64,000 nt of DNA. Origin: Sedimentisphaerales bacterium (GTDB lineage Bacteria > Planctomycetota > Phycisphaerae > Sedimentisphaerales > SM23-30). Both the position numbers and the translations under genes were made by a program. The notes below the pieces were generated by a model. It was given only the letters and a program-made list of their open reading frames with translations. It searched no databases and was not told the DNA's origin. The DNA lies in the NCBI GenBank assembly GCA_963666285.1, contig OY762711.1. One strand, written 5' to 3'. This document shows, piece by piece, positions 19,362-28,714 of this stretch. The stretch's first letter is position 1; each line of letters begins with the position of its first letter.

Positions 19362-21392
19362 TCAATAGCAGCTTGGATAAAATCCACAATCAAGCCATTG
19401 ACCTGCCAATATTGCTAAATCTTTAACATCGACAGTACAGTCGCCATTAAGGTCAACACCAGGCTGCTCCAGACAAAATTCTCCGTTTATCGATGAATAT
19501 TCTGCTGCAACATCTAATGATGATAATGGGTAATTATAATATTTAACTTCATCTATTGCACCTCTATAATAATTACCCCAGGAAGCTGCTGTCTTACCTA
19601 TTAGGAACTTATCAAACTCTTCACTTACTTCTGCTACTAAACCACCATCTGAAATCTGACTGTTTAGTTTTCCATCAATATATACGCTTCTGACATTAGA
19701 ATACATATCATATACACCTACAACATAATGCCAGCTGCCGTCACTCCAGCTTCCATAACCGGCTGCATCGTCATCGCCTTCAGTACCACGCAGAGTTAAC
19801 AGGAGCCTGTTTTCTCCACTATAACGACGCAACTGCCAACCTTGATTTGATTCTCCCATCCAGCTGACAAAGGTCTCCCAGCTATTACTTGAACTATCTT
19901 TTACCCAGCAGGCAACACTAAAGGCATCTCTTAGTTTTAGCATGTCAAAATTAAATACTTCAACGTAAGTGGACCCATCAAGCTCTAATGCTTCACCTTG
20001 AACTCCATCAACCCAAACTGGATTACCCGCTGAACCATCCGAACCGGCAATAACACCGCTCAGTGATGAATCATTTGCTTCAGCTGCACTTCCATTTAAA
20101 GGCCAGTATCCAAGAAGAGTTTTAATTCTCAAACCAATATTATCTGATACTGCGGTTCCGGCAATATTAGATGCCACACAATATATCTCAGACTTTGCGT
20201 GAAGTTCAGATATGGACTTAATCTGCAATGTATTTGATGCAGCTCCGGCATAGATATCATTATCTACTAACATTTCTTCGTCACCCGAAACACTACTGTT
20301 AGGATCAATATACCATTGATATGATGCTGCATTTGAAGCCTCTACTGTAAAGCTGGCCTCTTCACCCAATTCAGCAAAAACATAATCTGACTGCTTAGTC
20401 ATTATTGGAATTGCTAATTCGGTCGTAAATTTCCAAGATTCACTAATATAAGAACTGCTTTCTGACTCAAATGAAGTTACTCGCCAGTAATATTCTGTCT
20501 CATTATCCAAATCACTGCTCAACTGAACTGTTGTATCGGAATCAACAGTTAACACACCTATTGGAGTATCAACATTCGGATCGAGTCCATAGCAAAGCTC
20601 GTATTTCACCGGTTCAAATCCTTCTGGTTTCAACCATTCAAATGTAGGATTTACGGAAACTCCGGTTGAGCCACTTCTTGGAGATACTGCCTTAGCTGCC
20701 ATCGGATCAACACTCACAATCTGAATTCCGGCTATACAACCTGATAAATTATTCGACCGATCCTGGCTTTGGATCTGTATTTCTGAACCAGTTACGTTTT
20801 CCCACACTAAAGCATTCTGCCCAACTACCCAACCATCTAAATCAGGATTATTATCATAATAATCCTGGAATGGATAACAATATGCGCCGCTATTCTGCTT
20901 TATATCATTCACCCAAAAATCTCCCCAGGTAAAAGAAGTGTTTCCATCTTCAGATAAATATAGGATAACTTTATAATTAACAAAAGGAACGTTACTTATC
21001 GTTATATCAGTATCAATTGGCACTTCAACTCCATCATCATACCTTGAACCAATAGCTGGACCTGCAATATATGACCGTCCAAGCATCTGATCGGCACTGG
21101 AACCTGATACAGCGCAGCCCCATTGTCCTCCGGCCTCATACCGCAGAATCGTACCGCAAAGATCACCGGAATCATCAACTAATTCAATATCAGCCAACAT
21201 ATTATCTGGTGAAATTATATTATTCCAATTCCAGGCCTTATCGCCAACCAAACCAGCAATTCCATCTGGTGATATCAGGCCATCTGAATAAGCTGCTCTC
21301 TTAAAGTTAATTCCTATTGAGCCGGCTGTAGCTGTAGCAACAAATACAAAAGATACAAAGATTGCTGCAATTTTAGTTTTCACTCGACACAT
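19362..21392 (-). CDS. Secreted FN3/Ig + LamG protein with C-terminal dockerin-like repeat
   Basis: ATG 21392 follows GGAGG; signal peptide; YYWRV (FN3-like), SYQWY...IYCVASN (Ig), LamG (GYWPLNG...WHYVVGVYD...G-x-IDEV), tail DLNGDCTVDVKDLAILAGQWL. Confidence 0.85.
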   Translation of the reverse strand: MCRVKTKIAAIFVSFVFVATATAGSIGINFKRAAYSDGLISPDGIAGLVGDKAWNWNNIISPDNMLADIELVDDSGDLCGTILRYEAGGQWGCAVSGSSADQMLGRSYIAGPAIGSRYDDGVEVPIDTDITISNVPFVNYKVILYLSEDGNTSFTWGDFWVNDIKQNSGAYCYPFQDYYDNNPDLDGWVVGQNALVWENVTGSEIQIQSQDRSNNLSGCIAGIQIVSVDPMAAKAVSPRSGSTGVSVNPTFEWLKPEGFEPVKYELCYGLDPNVDTPIGVLTVDSDTTVQLSSDLDNETEYYWRVTSFESESSSYISESWKFTTELAIPIMTKQSDYVFAELGEEASFTVEASNAASYQWYIDPNSSVSGDEEMLVDNDIYAGAASNTLQIKSISELHAKSEIYCVASNIAGTAVSDNIGLRIKTLLGYWPLNGSAAEANDSSLSGVIAGSDGSAGNPVWVDGVQGEALELDGSTYVEVFNFDMLKLRDAFSVACWVKDSSSNSWETFVSWMGESNQGWQLRRYSGENRLLLTLRGTEGDDDAAGYGSWSDGSWHYVVGVYDMYSNVRSVYIDGKLNSQISDGGLVAEVSEEFDKFLIGKTAASWGNYYRGAIDEVKYYNYPLSSLDVAAEYSSINGEFCLEQPGVDLNGDCTVDVKDLAILAGQWLDCGFYPSCY

Positions 21393-21488
21393 TTTTACCT
21401 CCAAAAATAAATTAGTTTTATAACCGGTTTGCCCGGCAATTAATATAAATATCAAACAATAATTTTAGTAATAAATCACGGATGATCC

Positions 21489-22274
21489 TTACCAGTAATG
21501 ATATGGCATTTGATACCTGACAGTCATTTCACTATAATCACGCCAGGATACATGACCATCTACATACAGAATATTGCCTCCCTGAGGTTCATCACCCTTC
21601 ATATGGTTGGTTCTATCTAAATTCTGCCATAATGTCCAACCTCCGCCTTTAACACAATCAAAACCTTTTTTATACTCCTCGCTAATTGTAGCGTCTGTTA
21701 CTAATTCAACTGAGTCTGGAAATTTCACAATCATTTTGCGCAACCAGTGCTTTGGGGATTCTATTGTATTACCCTTTTCATCTTTTCTAAGTTTAATTGA
21801 CTCAACTCTTCCTTGATAAGTGTCAATCAACCAAAAATAACCGGTTACACGATGATTTAATAACTTATCAACTCCTTCCTCTGACAAATCTCGCGTTGAG
21901 GGAGCCATATGCGATGCTTCAAACTGCGTATACTGCCATCGATGTGACATTTCTGGTGTTTTTGTTTTATCTGATGGACAGTAAAACGTTTTCCGATCAC
22001 CACCTGTTTTTATTATATAATCCGCAGTACTGTAAGCAATATCCCAAAGCCATACCCCACGCATATTCATTGGGAGTTTATCATTGTTTGTCCCAGAATA
22101 CATATGTAAAGATAAACCGATCTGCCTTTGATTTGATGCACATAAAAGACGCCGCGCCCTTTCACGAGCCTGATTCAAAGACGGCATTAAAATACTAACT
22201 AGTAAAGCGATAATCGAAATCACAACCAGAAGTTCTATAAGCGTAAATGCACGCTTGTTTATATTTTTTACCAT
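21489..22274 (-). CDS. Prepilin-type N-terminal cleavage/methylation protein with H-X9-DG motif (DUF1559-like)
   Basis: [32 protein letters not shown], C-x-SN-x-RQIG, FYCPSD, NH...[14 protein letters not shown] 22274 follows AAGGAG. Confidence 0.92.
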   Translation of the reverse strand: MVKNINKRAFTLIELLVVISIIALLVSILMPSLNQARERARRLLCASNQRQIGLSLHMYSGTNNDKLPMNMRGVWLWDIAYSTADYIIKTGGDRKTFYCPSDKTKTPEMSHRWQYTQFEASHMAPSTRDLSEEGVDKLLNHRVTGYFWLIDTYQGRVESIKLRKDEKGNTIESPKHWLRKMIVKFPDSVELVTDATISEEYKKGFDCVKGGGWTLWQNLDRTNHMKGDEPQGGNILYVDGHVSWRDYSEMTVRYQMPYHYW

Positions 22275-22397
22275 GATCACTCCTTATTTCAAAGTCAAAG
22301 TAATCCAAAACTTTAATTAAACTTTCACAAATTAATAATGCGGCAGCTGCTTATCCTGTAAAATCATTACAGAAAAACAGGTGGCTTAAATTCTAAT

Positions 22398-22475
22398 TTG
22401 ACACGTGTCAACGGTTGGCCAAAAAAAATATGTATCTACAAATATACTTATACAACATAAATTGCCACGTGTCAA
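22398..22475. promoter_or_regulatory. Pair of palindromic operator-like sites
   Basis: TTGACACGTGTCAA (22398-22411, perfect) and TTGCCACGTGTCAA (22462-22475, one mismatch) upstream of the first gene of the carbohydrate locus. Confidence 0.72.
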
Positions 22476-22764
22476 ATTAATTCCATAATATTTTCCCATT
22501 AGATCAAAACAATACATAAGACTTAGATTCACGCACTTTCAAATAATTAGACTTGTTCTTTTTATTTTAAATCCGCCCTACCTTGCTCAATGATTATTAG
22601 CTATTGCAGTTCAACAATTTACGAATAGTCAATAATCCAGCGCCAACCACTTTTTTTCACCTTGTTAAAAATTGTTGCTAACTTATGTTGTCGCTCTAAC
22701 TCATTACTTAACTGTGATCAATAGTTAAAGAGCTATATTCAGAGCATGTCCAACATAATAAAAT

Positions 22765-23400
22765 TTAAAAGCCAAGATTTCGGAGTTTTTCTTCGGTGAT
22801 CCCGCCGGAAATTATGCCGTCGAGTCGTGCATTTATCATTTTTGCAACTATATCAGCTTCAAGATTTACCTGGTCACCACTCTTTCGTGAGCCAAGATTG
22901 GTATCATTTAAGGTAGTCGGAATCAGGCTGACATAAAACTGTTTACCAGTAATATCAACAATAGTAAGACTGATACCATCAATAGCAACCGACCCTTTAC
23001 GCAGCATATGCTTAAACATTTCTTTGGGCGGTTGAATATAAATCAGGCATTGGCCGCCCTGCTGTTCGATACGAGATATAGTACCAATACCATCTACATG
23101 GCCCTGCACAAAATGACCGCCAAATCGCCCGTTGGCAGCCATCGCCCGTTCGAGATTAAGCCTGTCCCCTACCTGAAGGTTTCCGATAGTGCTGACATTA
23201 AGCGTTTCAGCCATAACGTCAAAATCTGCAATTGAGCCATTTAAGGTTGATACAGTCAGGCATACACCATTAACTGCAATACTATCACCAATGTTTGTAC
23301 CTTCTGCCAGATCTACCAGGTCAATCGTAAACCTGCGGCCTACAGATGTACTGGTAACGGATTTGATAGTTGCTACTTTTTCTATGATACCGGTAAACAC
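22765..23400 (-). CDS. ribE: Riboflavin synthase (alpha chain)
   Basis: MFTGII, GDSIAVNGVCLTV, NLERA, GGHFVQGHVD and KGSVAIDGISLT motifs. Confidence 0.97.
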   Translation of the reverse strand: MFTGIIEKVATIKSVTSTSVGRRFTIDLVDLAEGTNIGDSIAVNGVCLTVSTLNGSIADFDVMAETLNVSTIGNLQVGDRLNLERAMAANGRFGGHFVQGHVDGIGTISRIEQQGGQCLIYIQPPKEMFKHMLRKGSVAIDGISLTIVDITGKQFYVSLIPTTLNDTNLGSRKSGDQVNLEADIVAKMINARLDGIISGGITEEKLRNLGF

Positions 23401-23452
23401 AAATTACCTCAAAGCATGATGTTTTAATTTATTACTTATAGCCAAAGTGCGG

Positions 23453-24667
23453 CTATTTTATTTTATATGACATTAAAAAGTCACCATGGCGAACGTATAA
23501 TGAGCCATTTGAAACTACAGGATGAGCCCAATGTTCTTTTTCGCCTTTGGTGATAGAAAACATGCCATATTTTGTAAAATTCTTACCGTCAAATTTTACC
23601 AATGCTACCCTGGAAGATTCTCCATAACAAAACAGTTTACCGTCTGCCAGAATCAATGCTCCTTTGTCAACATACGGTTCACTGGAACCGACAACATTAC
23701 CGGTTTTCAGTTCGATTGCATAGAGATTTCCCTTTTCACCAATACCGTAAATAAGACCATCTTTATACGAAAGACCACCAAAATGGCAGCTGAGTTTTTT
23801 TTCATGCCAAAGTTCCTCAACCCCAGTTGCATCAGAGTTGATCCTGAAAGCTTTACCGCCCAGCTTGTACCCATTAGAGATATAAAATATACCATTATCA
23901 TAAATAGGTGTATTGGCATTGATGTCATATGCTACCTTGTGAGGAGTTTGCCACATAAGTTTTCCATTTATTGCATCAATTCCAACTATCATTTTATCTA
24001 AAGCAGTAATAAGTATCTTTTTACCGTGGTAATCGACAAGTAATGGTGAACAGTATGCGCTTTTAGCATCAAGGTTAGTTTTCCAGATAATACTGCCGTT
24101 ATTTTTGTTTACTGCTATTACTGCGGCATCTTTGGCTCCCGGAGTAGCGTAAACCACATCACCGTCAACTAAAACACTTTCTGCTATACCCCAAGTAATA
24201 TTTCTTGCACCTAATGTATTTTGAGTGTCAAGCTGCCATACCACATCACCATTTTGAGCGTTAAAGCAAAGCAGCCTGCCTGTCGAACTGAATAAATACA
24301 GTTTACCGCTATCAAAGGCAGGAGTTGTTCTGGCCCCAGGAAAATTCTTCCACCAGACCGGACCATACTGCTTTTGCCACAAAACTTTGCCGGTATTTCG
24401 ATTTATTGCCGTCAAAAAACCGTTCTTATCCTTCATGCCTGTGATATAAATAATACCATCCACTTCTATCGGCGAAGAATATCCAATTCCAATATCATTT
24501 ACAGACCAGTTTTCAGTTGGCCCCTGATCGGGCCAGCTATTCAGCAGATTTGACTCATGACCAATGCCGTCACGATTTATTCCTCTCCATTGAGGGTAAT
24601 CATCTGCTGAGACATATACTGAGGCAGCTGTTATTACAGCAAACAGGAAACAAAATCTAATTTTCAT
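23453..24667 (-). CDS. PQQ-like beta-propeller repeat protein (BamB-like), secreted
   Basis: Signal peptide; D-x-PQWRG-x-x-RDG, GYSSP, repeated G-x-x-x-W blades, WAHPVVSNG-x-LYVR. Confidence 0.88.
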   Translation of the reverse strand: MKIRFCFLFAVITAASVYVSADDYPQWRGINRDGIGHESNLLNSWPDQGPTENWSVNDIGIGYSSPIEVDGIIYITGMKDKNGFLTAINRNTGKVLWQKQYGPVWWKNFPGARTTPAFDSGKLYLFSSTGRLLCFNAQNGDVVWQLDTQNTLGARNITWGIAESVLVDGDVVYATPGAKDAAVIAVNKNNGSIIWKTNLDAKSAYCSPLLVDYHGKKILITALDKMIVGIDAINGKLMWQTPHKVAYDINANTPIYDNGIFYISNGYKLGGKAFRINSDATGVEELWHEKKLSCHFGGLSYKDGLIYGIGEKGNLYAIELKTGNVVGSSEPYVDKGALILADGKLFCYGESSRVALVKFDGKNFTKYGMFSITKGEKEHWAHPVVSNGSLYVRHGDFLMSYKIK

Positions 24668-24771
24668 AAAGCAGGCTCCAAATAATCATTAACTGGTTAT
24701 TTCACAATTAGAACTGATGATATATGTAGTAGTAATTATTGTCAAGAACAGACATTTCGGACACAGTCCAT

Positions 24772-24807
24772 AAAAAAACCTGCTTTCCATATTATAGAAA
24801 GCAGGTT
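24772..24807 (-). terminator. Intrinsic terminator after tRNA-Phe
   Basis: Minus strand AACCTGCTTTC-loop-GAAAGCAGG followed by T7. Confidence 0.85.
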
Positions 24808-24810
24808 GAA

Positions 24811-24883
24811 TGGGCAGAACTGGACTTGAACCAGCGACACAGGGATTTTCAATCCCCCGCTCTACCAACTGAGCTATCCGCCC
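24811..24883 (-). tRNA. tRNA-Phe (GAA)
   Basis: GGGCGGATAGCTCAGTTGGTAGAGC...anticodon loop TT-GAA-AA...GGTTCAAGTCC...TCTGCCCA; 73 nt; CCA not encoded. Confidence 0.97.
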
Positions 24884-25140
24884 GTTAATTTCACAGTGAA
24901 TATGTACTTTATCAACTGAGCTAAGCATTTTACTATAAAATATATCGGGTTGCAAGAGGAAAAAACATAAAAATACGTAAATATAACGCTTTATAATAAA
25001 AATAGTTAAAAAAATATGATTAAATAATGCCCCAAATACTCTACTTTAGACAAACACATGTTTTACGCTTCACAGATAAAAGATTTTTGTTATAATTTTG
25101 TAAAATATTAGCGTAATTACATGATATGGAGCGTTGTTAT

Positions 25141-25659
25141 ATGAGTTCAAAAGACATTGAAGTACTGGTAATAATGGGGTCGGATAGTGACCTGGCGACT
25201 ATGGATAAATGTCTGGATGTATTAAAGGAATTCGGGATCGGTTTTGAGTGCCGAATTTCCAGTGCCCATCGCACTCCGGACGAAACCATGAAACTGGTTA
25301 CATCGGCAAGAAATCGCGGAATCAAAGTAATAATTGCAGCTGCAGGCATGGCCGCCCATCTGGCGGGAGTATCGGCAGCTCATACCACATTGCCTGTCAT
25401 TGGCGTTCCGATGGTCTCAGGCAGCATGCAGGGTTTAGATGCCCTGCTTTCAACAGTCCAGATGCCGCCGGGGATTCCAGTTGCCACAGTTGGTACCGGA
25501 AGTGCCGGAGCAAAAAATGCTGCTTTGCTGGCTATTCAGATCATGGGAGTCACAAACCTTGAACTTGCTGATCAAATGGCTGAATACAAAAAAGATATGG
25601 CCGAAGCAGTAAAGAAAAAGGATAAAATGCTGCAGGAAAAGCTGAACGAAACAAATTAG
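25141..25659 (+). CDS. purE: N5-carboxyaminoimidazole ribonucleotide mutase
   Basis: IMGSDSD, SAHRTP, AGMAAHL, PVIGVP and LLSTVQMPPGIPVATV motifs; ATG 25141 follows GGAG. Confidence 0.97.
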   Translation: MSSKDIEVLVIMGSDSDLATMDKCLDVLKEFGIGFECRISSAHRTPDETMKLVTSARNRGIKVIIAAAGMAAHLAGVSAAHTTLPVIGVPMVSGSMQGLDALLSTVQMPPGIPVATVGTGSAGAKNAALLAIQIMGVTNLELADQMAEYKKDMAEAVKKKDKMLQEKLNETN

Positions 25660-25747
25660 CAGCTTTCAGTTAAGCCAAATCCTAAATATATATCAAAGCA
25701 CCCTCAAAAAAAAATTTTTAAGCAATTTATAGAGCGGGTCTAAAATA

Positions 25748-26668
25748 TTAGCCGCGATTGGACGCACGTTCGATCTCGGTTATCATTTTGCCCTGCCGCC
25801 AGACGCGTACAGTACCGGTAGATTCGCTGATAGTAACAACAATACTATGAGTTACAGTGGTAATCGCTGCTGCTGACGCATGCCTGGCACCAAGCCCTCG
25901 CGGCAATTCTTCACCAATTACTCCTGGCAGCAAATATGTGCCGGCAGCTACTATCGTGCCGGTACCCTTTATTATAAAAGCTCCATCTATAGCAGAAAAC
26001 TCTTTTACCGTCTCTATCATTTCGTCGTCAAGGATATTGCACTGATCCTCTGGGTATCCTTTGAAGGGGTTCAAAACCATCTGACGGGAATTTTCCAAAA
26101 CCTTTGTAGTATCACCCAATACAAATATTGAACCGATAGGCTTGCCTTCCCGTCCTTCCATGGCCAGCTGCAAAGCTAAAGAAAAGACTCTCTCAAATAC
26201 AGCCCTGCGTATATGTTCTGTTATTGGAGGCTGATCAACCGACTGAAATATCTCGTATTCTCTGCCTACCTCAAGGATCATAAGAGTATCCAGCTCACCG
26301 GAAGTAAGGCCGGTAAGAAATACAAATCTGTCACCAGGTTCAAGCAGCCTTTTGGAAAAACTCAACATAACCGAAAGCTTAATCTGGCCCATTCTTGTTA
26401 GGGAGACTTCAGGCAAAACCACTACATCTTTAGAATATTTATGAGCCAGTTTCTGCAATTTCTTATCACGAACTATCAGGATTACCCGGTTCAATGACTT
26501 AAAATCAACCTGATCCAATACTGCAGGGTCCTCAAGGCCATCAACATAAAGCAATAAAGCCTGTATCTGACCGCCGGCTAATATTGCCTTACCGGCTTCC
26601 AGCATAACCTTAGCAGTATGAAACTCACTTGTGTCTGCAGAATAATTTGTATTTTTATGCTCTGCCAT
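25748..26668 (-). CDS. Diadenylate cyclase (DisA_N domain, DacZ-like architecture)
   Basis: EGREGKPIGSIFVLGD, LNPFKG, KEFSAIDGAFII (DGA), GLGARH-x-SAA and ISESTG motifs; cytosolic N-terminal extension without TM helices. Confidence 0.85.
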   Translation of the reverse strand: MAEHKNTNYSADTSEFHTAKVMLEAGKAILAGGQIQALLLYVDGLEDPAVLDQVDFKSLNRVILIVRDKKLQKLAHKYSKDVVVLPEVSLTRMGQIKLSVMLSFSKRLLEPGDRFVFLTGLTSGELDTLMILEVGREYEIFQSVDQPPITEHIRRAVFERVFSLALQLAMEGREGKPIGSIFVLGDTTKVLENSRQMVLNPFKGYPEDQCNILDDEMIETVKEFSAIDGAFIIKGTGTIVAAGTYLLPGVIGEELPRGLGARHASAAAITTVTHSIVVTISESTGTVRVWRQGKMITEIERASNRG

Positions 26669-27440
26669 AATCTTTCATTAAATATTTTCGGCAATTATCA
26701 GTTGTAACCTGAGCAACTATTTGCAATTCAATTTGTTTTAACTCAGCAATTTTTGCTGCTGTATGTACTACCAGTGCCGGCTCATTAGGTTTCACCGATC
26801 GTTTAGGTTCCGGACTCAAATAAGGAGAATCAGTCTCTACCATTATCCTGTCAAGCGGAGCAAAAACTGCCGAGGCCTGGATTTCAGGAGCTTTTTTGAA
26901 AGTTACAGTACCGGCAAAACTTATCAGACAGCCAAGATCCAGTACTTTACGAGTAATATCAGGGTCTCCGCTGTAGCAATGAAAGATAACTGAGTCAGGT
27001 TTCGGCGAAAATTCATTCAAAATTCCCAGGCAGTCATCAAAAGCATCTCGACAGTGAATTATAACTGGTAATGAATGCTTCTGTGCAAATGCCAGCTGAG
27101 CCTGGAAAATGTCTTTCTGCTGCTGTCTGGGCGAATGATCATAATAGTAGTCCAGGCCGGTTTCACCAATGGCTAAAACATAATCATTACTGATAAATTC
27201 ACTGTATCTTTCTATATCATTAACAGTAAAATTTTCTGCTTCATGCGGATGTATTCCAACTGCTGCATATAAATTATCGTATTTGCCAGCCAGTTGAACC
27301 GCGGCACAACTATCATTATAATCTGTACCTACGGTAATTATTCGCTTAACACCAACATCAGCGGCACGAGCAATTACCTGGTCAACCCGGCCGGCGAAGT
27401 TATCGTATGTTAAATGCGAATGAGTATCTATAAATTCCAT
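26655..27440 (-). CDS. tatD: TatD family hydrolase/DNase
   Basis: IDTHSHL, GIHPH, IGETGLDY, IIHCRDA, HCYSG and ETDSPYL motifs. Confidence 0.95.
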   Translation of the reverse strand: MEFIDTHSHLTYDNFAGRVDQVIARAADVGVKRIITVGTDYNDSCAAVQLAGKYDNLYAAVGIHPHEAENFTVNDIERYSEFISNDYVLAIGETGLDYYYDHSPRQQQKDIFQAQLAFAQKHSLPVIIHCRDAFDDCLGILNEFSPKPDSVIFHCYSGDPDITRKVLDLGCLISFAGTVTFKKAPEIQASAVFAPLDRIMVETDSPYLSPEPKRSVKPNEPALVVHTAAKIAELKQIELQIVAQVTTDNCRKYLMKDYGRA

Positions 27441-27503
27441 TCTATAATGCCTTATATTTCTACTATTCTGTTTCTCTTAGTGCGGCTTATGCTACGTGCC
27501 ATA

Positions 27504-27691
27504 TGCATGTCACACTTTTTACTGTTCAACATTACACGTAAAAGCCGAACTGGGCCAATTAAGTGAAAAACGAATAGTGAAAAATGAAAATTTAAGGTGT
27601 TCGACTATCGTCTCACGTTTTGTTTAATATTAAAGCGTTGCAGGAAGGCCCTTTAGGCGATTCTACAACTCAAAAACTGCTATAGTAAACT
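27504..27691. repeat. Dispersed ~180-bp intergenic element, copy 2
   Basis: Colinear with 1787-1968; exact shared 23-mer at 27632-27654. Confidence 0.85.
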
Positions 27692-27738
27692 CTTACAAAC
27701 ATGAAATTATAGCGACTGATAATCTAAAAGTATATCAT

Positions 27739-27766
27739 AAAAAAACCCGGCTACCAGGCCGGGCTT
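27739..27766 (-). terminator. Intrinsic terminator after the HDOD gene
   Basis: Minus strand CCCGGC-CTGGTA-GCCGGG followed by T7. Confidence 0.85.
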
Positions 27767-27793
27767 ATGAATATTATTATATGAATATAAGTT

Positions 27794-28648
27794 TTACTCA
27801 ATGAGTGTCCTTACTACTTCCAACTCAGCCTCAACATTTTCAAAAACATCATCGAGAGCACTCTCTGACAATTTAATCTCTTCCAGTATTGACTGATCCA
27901 AAGGAGGATATTCCTGCTGGATTTTTACGATACCAAGACCTTTTTGTGTACAAACATGATCAGCAACGTAAGTAACACATGCCAATAGCCTGTTTTCCTG
28001 CGCTAATTCAGTAGGATTATGGTGATACCCGGTAACAAACTGGAACGACCTTGGGAATTTCCATTTAGCGGCCAAAAGCGCCCCTATCTCCTGATGATTT
28101 GCTCCAAGAACTTTTTCTTCTGCAGTAAGGATATCAAGTCCGCCTGCACGCATTGCCTCTACAATTTTAGGTATCTCCTGGCTGCAGCATTGCAACTCGG
28201 CAACGATACCAATATCATGAATCAAACCAGCCAGAAAAGCTTCATCTGGTAATGCAAGTCCAATTGCCTGGGTAATCAATTTATTGGCTGCCCCCACAGC
28301 GACACTATGAGTCCATAAGTCTTTACCTGTCAAATCGTCATGAGTAGCACCACTGCGGAACATCTTGCTCAGAGAAGCAGCAATGGCAATATTTTTTACT
28401 GCATTCAGCCCCAAAAGCATAATCGCCCTGTCTATACTGCCGATTTGGCCGGGTAACCCATAAAAAGCCGAATTAACAACACGCAATACTCTCGAAGATA
28501 ATGCCGGGTCATTTTTAACAATCTCATGAAGATCATGCGCTGTACTGCGCGGGTCCTGGACCACTTCGATAATCTTCATAGTCACTTCCGGCAAGGTTGC
28601 AATTTCAATTGTATTGTTTGCAATTTTTAGTGCCGCAGTTTCGCTCAT
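27794..28648 (-). CDS. HDOD domain signal-transduction protein
   Basis: TLP, DPALSSRVLRVVNSAFYG, LW-x-HS, AFLAGLIHDIG, W-x-FP and HH-x-P motifs. Confidence 0.93.
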   Translation of the reverse strand: MSETAALKIANNTIEIATLPEVTMKIIEVVQDPRSTAHDLHEIVKNDPALSSRVLRVVNSAFYGLPGQIGSIDRAIMLLGLNAVKNIAIAASLSKMFRSGATHDDLTGKDLWTHSVAVGAANKLITQAIGLALPDEAFLAGLIHDIGIVAELQCCSQEIPKIVEAMRAGGLDILTAEEKVLGANHQEIGALLAAKWKFPRSFQFVTGYHHNPTELAQENRLLACVTYVADHVCTQKGLGIVKIQQEYPPLDQSILEEIKLSESALDDVFENVEAELEVVRTLIE

Positions 28649-28714
28649 TAGTTACATCCTTTGCAGTTAACTGTGCGGATTTTGAGCCGCCACAATATAA
28701 CGGATGCTCAAAAT

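Noticed and set aside
24700..24883. tRNA-Phe as an island integration site
   Set aside because: No integrase, no duplicated tRNA 3' end noticed, and housekeeping-type genes flank it.
24689..24955. 88-aa ORF
   Set aside because: It overlaps tRNA-Phe and its terminator.
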